Below the pieces are notes generated by a model that was given only the letters and a program-made list of their open reading frames with translations, searched no databases and had not been told where the DNA came from. A DNA stretch of 54,754 bases from assembly GCA_050250255.1 (NCBI GenBank), contig JBFWOZ010000018.1, positions 1 to 54,754 on the forward strand, given 5' to 3'. Numbering within the stretch: the stretch's first letter is position 1; every line of letters begins with the position of its first letter. Shown here one piece after another: positions 1-9,589 of the stretch. The DNA comes from Bdellovibrionales bacterium (GTDB lineage Bacteria; Bdellovibrionota; Bdellovibrionia; Bdellovibrionales; DASUEL01). The position numbers and the translations under genes were made by a program.

Positions 1-1665
1 GGATTTACCGTACGTAAGAATGTAGCAAACCAATTTCATATGAAAGAGGGTCTGATTGGTCAGTGTGCTTTTGAGAAGATAAAAATTCTTCTTACAAGAG
101 TTCCTGATGACTATATTTATATTGCTTCAAGCCTCGGCGAAGCGAAACCACTTTCTGTTGTTGTGTTACCGGTTCTTTTTGAAGGTGAATTAAAAGCTGT
201 TATTGAATTGGCGTCCTTTGACATGTTCACGCCGAACTACTTGAACTTTCTTGATCAGCTCATGGATAGTATCGGTGTGATCCTGAATATGATCTCGTCA
301 AGTATGAGAACAGAGGAGCTCCTCCAAGAGTTGAAGCGATCAAATGCAGAACTTGAGGCTCAGGCGAACGAGCTCGAAGAAAAAGCAAAACTCCTCGAGT
401 TGAAAAACAATGAGGTGGAGCTTGCGAGTCGTTCTTTGGAAGAAAAAGCCGAACAGCTCTCGCTCATTTCTAAGTATAAGTCCGAATTTTTGGCAAACAT
501 GTCACACGAGTTACGCACGCCACTTAACAGCTTGCTGATCTTGTCGAAAACTTTAGCGGAGAACAAAGGTAAGAATTTGACTCCAGAGCAAGTGAAGTTT
601 GCGACAACTGTTTACTCTGCGGGTAATGATCTCCTCTCGCTCATTAACGAGATTCTGGATCTATCCAAAGTGGAAGCTGGAAAAATGCCCATTGAACCGA
701 AAGAAGTTGGCTTAGGGAATGTGAAAGAAAATATCGAGCAAACATTCCGGCCGGTCGCGGAGCATAAGGGTATCGAATTTAATATTGATTTGGTGCCGGG
801 ATCTCCGAAAATGATGTTTACGGATAACAGCCGTTTAGATCAGATTCTCAAGAATCTCCTATCGAACGCGTTTAAGTTTACAACAAAAGGCAAAGTGAGC
901 CTCACCATTTCTCAAGCGGATAAAAATCGTAGCTTCCCAATGGATAGCTTGAATCAGGCAAAGCGAGTGATCGCCTTTACCGTAAAAGATACGGGAATTG
1001 GAATTCCTGACAATAAGCAGAAGCTCATTTTCGAAGCCTTCCAGCAGGCGGATGGTACCACCAGCAGAAAATACGGTGGAACGGGTCTTGGTCTTACGAT
1101 CAGCCGTGAAATCGCACTCCTTCTCGGTGGCTTTATCGAAGTGAAGAGTGAACCGAATGTGGGTAGTGAGTTTACACTTTATTTACCACATAGATATAAA
1201 GGGGCGGGTGTAACGGAAAGCACTTCCGAACCACAGCTTCATATTCCACCACTTCCTGAAAACGTTGATTTTTCAGGAAAGCGAATTCTTCTTGTCGACG
1301 ACGACATGAGAAACGTTTTTGCATTAACGAGCGTTCTCGAGTCGAGAGGAATGGAAGTGAGCTATGCCGAAAATGGTAAGCTTGGAGTAAAACGCATTGT
1401 GGAAAATCCTATCTACGATCTTGTCTTGATGGATGTCATGATGCCGGAGCTCGATGGAATCGAAGCGACTCGCCAAATTCGTGAATATCCGCAGTTTAAA
1501 AATCTTCCGATCATTTCTTTAACTGCGAAAGCGATGAAGGGTGACCGTGAGAAGTGTATCGCGGCTGGAGCTTCTGACTACATTACTAAACCGGTAGATC
1601 CGCAGCAGCTGTTGTCGCTAATGAACATTTGGTTAGAGAAAAAACCGGAAGCTAAGAATGCTTAA
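1..1665 (+). CDS. Hybrid sensor histidine kinase/response regulator (GAF-HisKA-HATPase-REC), 5' truncated by the window edge
   Basis: Frame is open from base 1. H-box FLANMSHELRTPL, N-box NLLSNAFKFT, G-boxes DTGIGI and GGTGLGL, C-terminal receiver (LLVDDD...LMDVMMP...KP). Confidence 0.95.
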   Translation, partial: GFTVRKNVANQFHMKEGLIGQCAFEKIKILLTRVPDDYIYIASSLGEAKPLSVVVLPVLFEGELKAVIELASFDMFTPNYLNFLDQLMDSIGVILNMISSSMRTEELLQELKRSNAELEAQANELEEKAKLLELKNNEVELASRSLEEKAEQLSLISKYKSEFLANMSHELRTPLNSLLILSKTLAENKGKNLTPEQVKFATTVYSAGNDLLSLINEILDLSKVEAGKMPIEPKEVGLGNVKENIEQTFRPVAEHKGIEFNIDLVPGSPKMMFTDNSRLDQILKNLLSNAFKFTTKGKVSLTISQADKNRSFPMDSLNQAKRVIAFTVKDTGIGIPDNKQKLIFEAFQQADGTTSRKYGGTGLGLTISREIALLLGGFIEVKSEPNVGSEFTLYLPHRYKGAGVTESTSEPQLHIPPLPENVDFSGKRILLVDDDMRNVFALTSVLESRGMEVSYAENGKLGVKRIVENPIYDLVLMDVMMPELDGIEATRQIREYPQFKNLPIISLTAKAMKGDREKCIAAGASDYITKPVDPQQLLSLMNIWLEKKPEAKNA

Positions 1666-3697
1666 TAACCACAAGACAAACATTCTTGTGGTTGATGATA
1701 GGCCAGAAGGGATTCTGTCTGTACAGGCCGTACTGACAGACCCTTCTTACAATATCGTCACAGCTTCTTCGGGTGAGCAGGCCCTCGCGCGAGTTCTTGA
1801 ATATGATTTTTCTGTGATCCTTCTTGATGTGCAAATGTCGGGAATGGATGGATTTGAAACAGCCGCGGTGATTAAGCAGCGTGAAAAGTCTAAAGACATT
1901 CCTATCGTTTTTCTTACCGCAATTAATAAAGACCATGAATATGTCTATAAGGGTTACAACTCTGGGGCGGTTGACTATATCTTTAAGCCTTTTGACCCAG
2001 AGATTTTAAAATTAAAAGTAGGTGTGTTCATTGATCTCTATAGAAAATCTGTTCAGCTCAAACAACAGTCGGAATTATTACGTCAAGGCGAAGTGCGGGA
2101 GCGTGCGAGGCAGCTTGCGACCTTTCAGCTAGAAAGTTTTAATCGTTATCGAAATCTTGCAGATGCCGTTCCTCACATCATATGGAAGTTTAAAGCCGAC
2201 GGCACACTCGATTACACGAATAAATATTGGTTGGAATACTCAGGTCTGAGCTTAGAGCAAAGCTTAGGTAGTGGCTGGCAAAGTACGATTCACCCAGAAG
2301 ATTTGAAAAAATTGTTAGAATTGTGGGAAGAAGCAAAGCTCGAACAAAAGAATATCGAAACCGAGTGCCGTATCAAAAGAGCTTTGGATAACTCTTATCA
2401 TTGGCATATTTTTAAAGGTGTTCCTGAACTCGAGCCGAATGGTCGAGTCAGTTCTTGGATTGTGACCAATACGGATATCGAATCACATAAAAAAATTGAA
2501 CAAGATCTTATTCGTGCAAAGGACGAAGCTTCAGCGGCTAACCAAGCCAAAACAAATTTCCTCGCAAACGTGAGTCACGAAATTCGAACTCCACTCGGTG
2601 CCGTTATTGGTTTTGCAGAACTCATGAGTAATCCTCAGCAGTCACATGAAGAAAGATTAAACTGCATTGCCACGATTCGTCGCAACGGGGATCTGCTTTC
2701 GCGTTTGATCGGGGATATTCTTGATCTGTCAAAAATTGAAGCCGGCCATTTGGAAATGGAAAAAACATATTTTGTACTCCCAGAGCTTTTAGCGGCGGTG
2801 ACGGATTCTCTCAGTTATCTGGCATCGGAAAAAGGCATTGGCTTAAAATTACATTTGGATACCGCAATTCCTAAAATTATTTATTCCGACCCAACTCGAG
2901 TACGTCAGATTCTCCTTAATATTATTGGGAACGCTGTGAAATTCACCTCCAAGGGTGAAGTGATTGTTTCGGTAAAGATGGTAGCAAAAGATATAGAACA
3001 CAAACTTCTTTCTGTAGATGTGACCGATCAGGGTCATGGAATTACGGAAGAACAAGCGCAAAAACTTTTCCAACCATTTATTCAAGCAGATAGCTCTACA
3101 ACAAGAAAATACGGTGGTACCGGTTTAGGCCTGTCACTCTCGCGTAAACTTGCAAAAGCTCTCGGCGGTGATGTGATTCTTACTGAGAGTGTGGTCAACA
3201 AAGGAAGTACCTTTACGATCACTTTTGATGTGGGTTCACTTAAGAACGTCATGTACGTACAAAAAATTGCGCCTATCAACGAGGTCACTCAGAGACAACG
3301 TCAAAGCGTATTGCCTAATTTGAAAGGAACGAGAGTTCTTCTTGTCGAAGACTCTATCGACAATCAAGAGCTCATCGCTCACATTTTGAAACTTGCAGAA
3401 GTGGATGTCGACTTGGCTAACAATGGTGAAGAGGGTGTGAATAAGGCTCTTAAAGGAGATTACGACGTCATTTTAATGGATATTCAAATGCCAGTACTGG
3501 ACGGTTACAAAGCGACACAAAAATTGAGAAGCCAATCGTACCAAAAACCAATTTTGGCGTTAACAGCTCATGCTCTACGTGAAGAGCGCGATCGTTGTTT
3601 AGCTGTAGGGTTTAACGATCACCTCACTAAGCCGATTAACCGTAAAGAGCTTTTTGAACGCATCGCCCAATATTCTCAGCCCCAACTAACTATGTAA
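1658..3697 (+). CDS. Hybrid histidine kinase REC-PAS-HisKA-HATPase-REC
   Basis: N-terminal receiver (VVDD...LLDVQM), PAS (IHPED), H-box SHEIRTPL, GGTGLGL, C-terminal receiver. Overlaps the upstream kinase stop. Confidence 0.95.
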   Translation: MLNNHKTNILVVDDRPEGILSVQAVLTDPSYNIVTASSGEQALARVLEYDFSVILLDVQMSGMDGFETAAVIKQREKSKDIPIVFLTAINKDHEYVYKGYNSGAVDYIFKPFDPEILKLKVGVFIDLYRKSVQLKQQSELLRQGEVRERARQLATFQLESFNRYRNLADAVPHIIWKFKADGTLDYTNKYWLEYSGLSLEQSLGSGWQSTIHPEDLKKLLELWEEAKLEQKNIETECRIKRALDNSYHWHIFKGVPELEPNGRVSSWIVTNTDIESHKKIEQDLIRAKDEASAANQAKTNFLANVSHEIRTPLGAVIGFAELMSNPQQSHEERLNCIATIRRNGDLLSRLIGDILDLSKIEAGHLEMEKTYFVLPELLAAVTDSLSYLASEKGIGLKLHLDTAIPKIIYSDPTRVRQILLNIIGNAVKFTSKGEVIVSVKMVAKDIEHKLLSVDVTDQGHGITEEQAQKLFQPFIQADSSTTRKYGGTGLGLSLSRKLAKALGGDVILTESVVNKGSTFTITFDVGSLKNVMYVQKIAPINEVTQRQRQSVLPNLKGTRVLLVEDSIDNQELIAHILKLAEVDVDLANNGEEGVNKALKGDYDVILMDIQMPVLDGYKATQKLRSQSYQKPILALTAHALREERDRCLAVGFNDHLTKPINRKELFERIAQYSQPQLTM

Positions 3698-3797
3698 TTT
3701 CAATATGTTAGATGTTTCTTTCTTATTTAAGAGAGAGGTGTCATTTTTTATGGCGCATCTCTCTAAGATTTCATAAGTTTGCGCGCTTGGGGGATCT

Positions 3798-4979
3798 ATG
3801 AAGCTGTTAAACCTAGCGTTTAGTATTTTATTAGGGGGCCTTTCTGCTTCCGCCTCGGTACCACTTAATTCGTCCATTCTTCTGTTTCATGAAGGTGATT
3901 ACATTCGTTGTCCGCAGCTTTTACGCAATGCTATTGCACTAGGAAATCAAACCATCAACATCGTTCCAGCTATTGGGTTTCAAGCTGACACTTCAAAAGT
4001 TATCACAGCTTACTGTTTAGAAAAAACGGATGGTCTTTGTCATAAAATGACTCCACAGCTTGCAAACTTTTTTGCGCTTAAAGTGAAAGAATGTTTGAGC
4101 GTGGCCAAAGCTGCAAAAGTGGACATCGCAATTTTACCGCATTTAGATTTTGGGCATCGCGGTCAAGGAATGCCAACGGATAGACCACTCTCTCCGCCCA
4201 TTTGGAGAAATTATCTCAGCTTTGATCCTCTCGCTACTTATCACGGATTTACCTACGAACAGCTCATGCTTCGTCCCCTTGTTGAGTCTGCAAAAGAGTT
4301 AGTGGCTGCTGGGCGCTCAGTTTATCTTTCTTTACAAGGTGAAATGGGAGTTTCTGTTTTTCAATATTCTTCCCAGTACACTCGTATTTATCAATCTTAT
4401 AGATCTCAAATGCCATCACCCAAATTTCAGATGGGATTGAGTTTTAATTTTAATAATACAAACGGGGAATTCAAAAATTTTCCTGTTAATGAAGTTCAAA
4501 ATCTTTTCAGTCGCGTGGATTTTATCGGAATCTCCGCATATCGGGGTGTTAGTGTACCGCCACAGGTCGCCGACTTTCCTGCCATCGTACAATCTTTCGT
4601 TACGGAATTAAATCAGTTAAAAGTGATCGTACCTCCGCAGAAGCCTCTGCATTTTTCTGAAATCAGTATTGGTGGTGGAGATTATAAGCAAACGGGCAAG
4701 ATGGCATCGAGTGTAGAAGAACTCGCGAGGGCCCCGTGGTCTGGCGTTGGCGGCGCTTACAATCCTGCCAATGATCCTTGGCAAAGAGCTGATTTTGCGG
4801 AATTTCGAAGACGCTACTTTAAAGCACTGATGGATTTTTTAAGAGTACCCGCAGCGCAGTACCCTGTCGTCGCAAGTTTTATTTGGAATGCAGGATCGTG
4901 GGATGTACAGGGGCTTTATAGCCCGTCCTACGGAGATAAGGTGATTGTGAACGCTATTCGCGCTCACAACGCACAATAA
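3798..4979 (+). CDS. Secreted hypothetical protein, probable glycoside-hydrolase-like TIM barrel
   Basis: Signal peptide ending ASA-S; GGGGG RBS; motifs LQGEMG, DFIGISAY, LHFSEISIGG and FIWN match the GH-A-like layout (acid/base Glu and nucleophile Glu). Confidence 0.6.
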   Translation: MKLLNLAFSILLGGLSASASVPLNSSILLFHEGDYIRCPQLLRNAIALGNQTINIVPAIGFQADTSKVITAYCLEKTDGLCHKMTPQLANFFALKVKECLSVAKAAKVDIAILPHLDFGHRGQGMPTDRPLSPPIWRNYLSFDPLATYHGFTYEQLMLRPLVESAKELVAAGRSVYLSLQGEMGVSVFQYSSQYTRIYQSYRSQMPSPKFQMGLSFNFNNTNGEFKNFPVNEVQNLFSRVDFIGISAYRGVSVPPQVADFPAIVQSFVTELNQLKVIVPPQKPLHFSEISIGGGDYKQTGKMASSVEELARAPWSGVGGAYNPANDPWQRADFAEFRRRYFKALMDFLRVPAAQYPVVASFIWNAGSWDVQGLYSPSYGDKVIVNAIRAHNAQ

Positions 4980-5021
4980 TTCGGATGTCTGCAAGATATC
5001 GGAGATCTCGATAACAGTGGT

Positions 5022-6431
5022 TTAAGCGTAGTCCGGTTCTCTTTTGGAAATTCTTTTTCCTAGCCACCAGGGGGTGTTGCTCCCGCCACCTTTTTTAACG
5101 GCAGGTTTATTTCTCTGACCTTGAGCTTTAGAACTCTTCTGCACTTGTTTGATATACTCTTTTCGAGTCTGGTCTTCTTTTTTAGCCTGGCGTACATCAC
5201 GATCTTTACTGTAATCAAAGCGATTGTTTTGTTGGCGCGGTTGAAAGCTTTGCTGAGGCTTGTTGTTACCAAAAGACTTTTGTTTGTTCTCTCTAGGTAC
5301 ACCGATGGAATGTTCCATTAATTTATAAGTGAAGCAGATTTTATTCCAATGGTTACGATCTTCAGGAGAGACAAAACAAATGGCTTCGCCTGCAGCTCCA
5401 GCACGTGCTGTGCGGCCGATACGGTGTACGTAATCGTCAATGTCCTTAGGTAAATCGTAATTCAATACATGCTCAATATGAGGTACATCGAGACCACGAG
5501 CGGCAACATCAGTTGCGACAAGAATGCGGAATTTTTTAGAACGAAATCCATTGAGTGCCACATTTCTTTGTCCTTGAGATCGGCCTCCATGGATTTTGGT
5601 GACTGCATATCCGTATTCGGAAAGATAGGTCATCAGGCGATCTGTTCCGTGTTTTGTATTCACAAAGATAATTACAGATCCTGTGCGAGCATTAAGTTCG
5701 TCGAGGAGAATATCATTTCGCTCTTTCTTTGTTGTTGTAATCACCGAGTGGCGAATTTTATCTACAGGTTTTGAATCGCTCCCGATGCTGATACGCTCAG
5801 GATTCTTCATATACTTTTTTGATAGAAGACGGATGCGCTCGGGCATCGTCGCTGAAAACAATAAAACCTGGCGCTCTTTCGGGATGAAATTTAATACCGC
5901 TTGAATTTGGGGTTCAAATCCCATGTCGAGCATACGGTCACCTTCGTCGAGAACAAGAATTTTTACCTGACTCAAATTCACCGATCTTCTGCCAAGATGA
6001 TCGTTAAGACGTCCTGGAGTTGCTACGATAATTCGCGGCTTTTGGGAGAGTTCATGAAACTGTTTGCCCATTGGAGAGCCACCAATGAGAAGTGCAGAAT
6101 TAAGACCGCGAATGTGCGAGCTTAATTGCTTAATGACTTCAGAAATTTGAATCGCAAGTTCTCTTGTTGGCGCGAGAACAAGAGCTGTGGCTTGAGGATC
6201 TGCCATTAATTTTGTCACAATAGGAATAGCAAATGCAGCCGTTTTTCCTGTCCCTGTTTGCGCCGACGCGATGAGATCTCGACCTGCTAAGGCGACCGGA
6301 ATTGCAGCAGATTGAATGGGAGTTGGCTGAGTAAATTTCATTTGCACAAGAGAGCGCAAAAGAGGCTCAGGTAATGAAAATGAAGCAAAAGAATGAGTGG
6401 TTGACGTCGCCGTCATAGTCTCGACAGACAT
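5022..6431 (-). CDS. DEAD/DEAH-box RNA helicase
   Basis: Q motif PTPIQ, AQTGTGKT, PTRELA, TPGRL, DEGD (variant motif II), SAT, ARGLD, HRIGRTARAG; basic C-terminal tail. Confidence 0.95.
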   Translation of the reverse strand: MSVETMTATSTTHSFASFSLPEPLLRSLVQMKFTQPTPIQSAAIPVALAGRDLIASAQTGTGKTAAFAIPIVTKLMADPQATALVLAPTRELAIQISEVIKQLSSHIRGLNSALLIGGSPMGKQFHELSQKPRIIVATPGRLNDHLGRRSVNLSQVKILVLDEGDRMLDMGFEPQIQAVLNFIPKERQVLLFSATMPERIRLLSKKYMKNPERISIGSDSKPVDKIRHSVITTTKKERNDILLDELNARTGSVIIFVNTKHGTDRLMTYLSEYGYAVTKIHGGRSQGQRNVALNGFRSKKFRILVATDVAARGLDVPHIEHVLNYDLPKDIDDYVHRIGRTARAGAAGEAICFVSPEDRNHWNKICFTYKLMEHSIGVPRENKQKSFGNNKPQQSFQPRQQNNRFDYSKDRDVRQAKKEDQTRKEYIKQVQKSSKAQGQRNKPAVKKGGGSNTPWWLGKRISKREPDYA

Positions 6432-6674
6432 AAAAATCCTCCGTAAGGGTTTGATAAAATCAAACTGCAGAGGAGTCAGAGTAAGCTATGGCGTGTTGTT
6501 AGAACCTCTAAAGAATGAAAAGTGAGTAATTTGTAACATAAGGCATTTTTAAAAGATAGGTGTGCTGTGGCGAAAACTATGTGCATGGGTCAATGAGAGT
6601 CGGAGAAGGATTCAGTTCCATTTGAAGCTAAAAATCTCGTGACGGAACTCTTAAGCTCGGTCAGTCTTGAGTAT

Positions 6675-7163
6675 ATGCAGGGCGAATTTTGGAAAAAATG
6701 CAGTGCTTGTAAGAAGCCGATCGGCTTCCATCAGACTTATTACATCTGTAGCGTCTCAACATGTAATGGCCAACGAACGGGATATTCTTTTTGTTCTGTG
6801 CCTTGCTGGGATTCGCATGTGCCGGGTGCACGACATAAAGATGCTGGAGCGTTAGAGAGAAAAGCTCCGGGTTCTTCCTCTGCCGTTTCAGCAGCAGTAG
6901 AAGGTCCACGAAAAATTATTGTAAGTTCGCCAACAACTTCCACATCAGGTTCAACCATCTCAAAACCTTTAAACATACCAAGAGAAGTTTTAATCGTGGC
7001 TTCAAAGCTGAAAGACTATATTCGTTTGAAGTCAGAGATGAATACTTCCGCGTCGGTTATGGACGTTCTCTCTGACATCGTCAGAATGAAATGCGATGAA
7101 GCCATCGACCGAGCTCGTCGAGAAGGGCGCAAGACAGTTCTTGATCGGGATTTTAAGCCTTAA
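6675..7163 (+). CDS. Bacterial histone-fold protein with N-terminal ZZ-like zinc finger (Bd3044-like)
   Basis: C-terminal EVLIVASKLKDYI...MNTS...GRKTVLDRDF closely resembles the Bdellovibrio histone fold. N-terminal CSAC, CSVSTC and CSVPCWDSH zinc ligands; Ser/Thr-rich linker. ATG 6675 preferred over GTG 6639. Confidence 0.85.
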   Translation: MQGEFWKKCSACKKPIGFHQTYYICSVSTCNGQRTGYSFCSVPCWDSHVPGARHKDAGALERKAPGSSSAVSAAVEGPRKIIVSSPTTSTSGSTISKPLNIPREVLIVASKLKDYIRLKSEMNTSASVMDVLSDIVRMKCDEAIDRARREGRKTVLDRDFKP

Positions 7164-7298
7164 GCCTGGTGTCTCTGGTTATTCGTCGCGCTCGCTACAT
7201 GTCTAGATATTTTTTTCCCACTCACACTCTCATAGTTCTACCGCCAGAAACTCTCCATAATTAAAAGAAGTGAAATAGTGACACCCAAGGAGGGGTTT

Positions 7299-7526
7299 AT
7301 GGCAAAGAAAGAAGCACCTGCAAACGCAGCCGCTGGCGCAACATCATCTGGAAGTACGGGGTTTTGCCTTGCTGACGGATGTAAAAAAAACACGGAGCGT
7401 GCGGAATTCTGTGGCGTACATTTTGATTGGTACAAACAGGGTTTAATCACCAAAAGAGGGGCTAAAGCGAAGGATTATGAAAAGAAATTGAGATTCTATT
7501 CAGGTCCTGCAGATAAAGCTATCTAG
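7299..7526 (+). CDS. Small basic C-x4-C-x9-C-x2-H zinc-finger protein
   Basis: Strong RBS AAGGAGGGG before ATG 7299; CLADGC...FCGVHF; Lys-rich C-terminus. Confidence 0.7.
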   Translation: MAKKEAPANAAAGATSSGSTGFCLADGCKKNTERAEFCGVHFDWYKQGLITKRGAKAKDYEKKLRFYSGPADKAI

Positions 7527-7602
7527 GTTTTATTTTTTAGCTCAATTTCCTTCCTTTCCCCCGTGAGTTTTGATAGCACAGCTCTTATCACGGGGGTCAG
7601 TC

Positions 7603-8607
7603 ATGAAATTTCTTTTCGTAGCTCTTTTTGCTTTTTCTTTTTCCGCTTCGGCGCAAATCGTTCCGCCTGAAATTGTAAGGCAACTTGAAATGACAGGCCT
7701 CAATGCTTTGGTTCATGGTGCCGATGCTGAGCGTGGGCTCTATGTGTTTACTTACAACGTTCCCGGAGATTTCTTTAAACGCTACGAATTTTCTCTTCTT
7801 GCAACTACGATGGCGCAAAAGGAACTCGTAAAAACATTCAACCGTGGTGATCGTATTTTTGTTCAGGGACGTTTAGGGTCTCAGCCCACTCCGCAGCCTC
7901 ACGTCTATGCAACTGAAATCAAACTTCTTGAAAAGTACAACCCTGGAATTGAATCTCCTGCTGGTAGTCACCAAAAGGTCACAAAACTTCCTGACGATTT
8001 AAGAGACAAAACGGATTTCGTAGGCCAAGTACACGCGGTGATTGGTAACGGTCTTGTCTTGGTCATGGAATATAAAGAAGTGATCATTCCGCTTGTGGTG
8101 AATGAACCTGTTTATACGCGAGAGCTTTTTCGTGGTGATGTGATTCGAGTAGCTTTTACTCTACAAACAGCGCCTGGTCGCCCCACACATATCATTTTAA
8201 AATCGGCACAGGAAGCAGGGGGCACACCCGTGCAAGTTCTTGAACGTTTGGTCGATCGTCATGACAAAATTAAAACTCTTGAAGGTCGCCTTGTACTCTT
8301 CCCAAAAAGTCCAACCATTAATCGCGATGTTTGGGCCATCGAAGAGGATTTAGGATATGGACTGGCTCGTTACTCGACTCTGGTGAATTTCACTGAAGTA
8401 GGTGGAGGATTTCCTGAGCTTGAAAAAATAGATCAAAAAATGCGCGCTCTTTGGGATTCCGATCGACAAGCTGTTTTCCATGGGAGGAATAAATTTATTC
8501 ACACAAAAGTGCGAATTCGAGCGACAGGTAAAATGACGGTGTTTACACCGAACCAAGCCAACGCCCAAATCAACCTTACGGCGGCTCAAATTATTCCTGT
8601 GCAGTAA
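7603..8607 (+). CDS. Secreted hypothetical protein with repeated OB-fold-like units
   Basis: Signal peptide MKFLFVALFAFSFSASA; internal repeats VH...RGDRIFVQG and VH...RGDVIRVAF. Confidence 0.65.
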   Translation: MKFLFVALFAFSFSASAQIVPPEIVRQLEMTGLNALVHGADAERGLYVFTYNVPGDFFKRYEFSLLATTMAQKELVKTFNRGDRIFVQGRLGSQPTPQPHVYATEIKLLEKYNPGIESPAGSHQKVTKLPDDLRDKTDFVGQVHAVIGNGLVLVMEYKEVIIPLVVNEPVYTRELFRGDVIRVAFTLQTAPGRPTHIILKSAQEAGGTPVQVLERLVDRHDKIKTLEGRLVLFPKSPTINRDVWAIEEDLGYGLARYSTLVNFTEVGGGFPELEKIDQKMRALWDSDRQAVFHGRNKFIHTKVRIRATGKMTVFTPNQANAQINLTAAQIIPVQ

Positions 8608-8629
8608 TGGCTCATTTTGATACCAGCTA

Positions 8630-8645
8630 TGGCACCGCGACTGCA
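8630..8645 (+). promoter_or_regulatory. Candidate sigma54 -24/-12 promoter
   Basis: TGGCACCGCGACTGCA is GG-N10-GC, 45 nt upstream of ATG 8691. Confidence 0.55.
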
Positions 8646-8690
8646 TTTCATTTATGATAGAAGTTCAGCGGCCAATATAAGGGGGCTTTA

Positions 8691-9071
8691 ATGTCTAGGA
8701 AATCCTCGCTCTTCTATCTTTTCCTCACTGCTGCCGTGATTATGGTGGTCTACCAAAACTGTGGACCTGCGCGGATTATGGATACTCCTGACAAACAAAA
8801 CATTCAGCAGACCAACGCTCGCGTTGTCTCTATTGAAGGGAACTATACGGCTCAGTTAGATGGTTGTGGTCCTATAGTATGCAGAAATAATCCGGTCTCG
8901 GATGGATGGACCTTATGTTTTAAGCTCCTAGAGTTATCAACGACCCCTACCGAAGGTCAAAAAATCCATGTTGATGGAGTCGCTGTTAAGGCCGCCCCGC
9001 CCTCAGATATGGCGAGTGCCTGCATGAGCGATATGGACCTCCTAAAAGTCAACGCCTGGCAGCCACTTTAA
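8691..9071 (+). CDS. Hypothetical lipoprotein
   Basis: Hydrophobic leader ending YQNC (the F/YQNC lipobox variant common in Bdellovibrio); four further Cys residues. Confidence 0.7.
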   Translation: MSRKSSLFYLFLTAAVIMVVYQNCGPARIMDTPDKQNIQQTNARVVSIEGNYTAQLDGCGPIVCRNNPVSDGWTLCFKLLELSTTPTEGQKIHVDGVAVKAAPPSDMASACMSDMDLLKVNAWQPL

Positions 9072-9173
9072 GTAGCTATTAAAAATTGCGCTAGAAGCAA
9101 TTTGAATAATTAATCAATAAGACGCTTTACAAAACTCCGCTCCGCGTTGGATAAATACGGAATGGAGAAATTT

Positions 9174-9587
9174 ATGAAACAACTTATTATTGCTAGCGTC
9201 TTTTTGTTCTCAACAATTGTTTATGCCGGTGCAGCCCCTACAAGTCTTCGCGAGGTGATGGCTGTATCCGCTCAACATTTCTCAGCGATTGCGCGCTCTA
9301 TTAATGCGCCAGAGCAGAATGCGGAATCAGCGATGAACGCGAGTGGAATCCGTATAGCCTTCGTAACGGCTTTTCAATTTGAACCTGACATTTTAAGAAA
9401 TGCACCTGAGTCTGAGAGACCAGCACTTTTGAGACTTTACCAAAAGCTTGTGGCGAAAACAGTCGCGCTAAGCGCCGAGTTAGAAGATGCTTTCATCGCT
9501 AACGATAATACAAAAGCAAAGACTTTGCTTGCTGACTTGGCGAGAGTTCGTCAAGAAGGCCACACGGTTTTTGACACTGCTGAGTAA
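9174..9587 (+). CDS. Cytochrome b562-like four-helix bundle, secreted
   Basis: Signal peptide; early Met (LREVM) and late His (RQEGH) in the b562 axial-ligand positions; helical sequence; GGAG RBS before ATG 9174. Confidence 0.65.
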   Translation: MKQLIIASVFLFSTIVYAGAAPTSLREVMAVSAQHFSAIARSINAPEQNAESAMNASGIRIAFVTAFQFEPDILRNAPESERPALLRLYQKLVAKTVALSAELEDAFIANDNTKAKTLLADLARVRQEGHTVFDTAE

Positions 9588-9589
9588 TC

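Noticed and set aside
1..3697. Tandem hybrid kinases as a novel system
   Set aside because: A common arrangement, and the sensor region lies outside the window.
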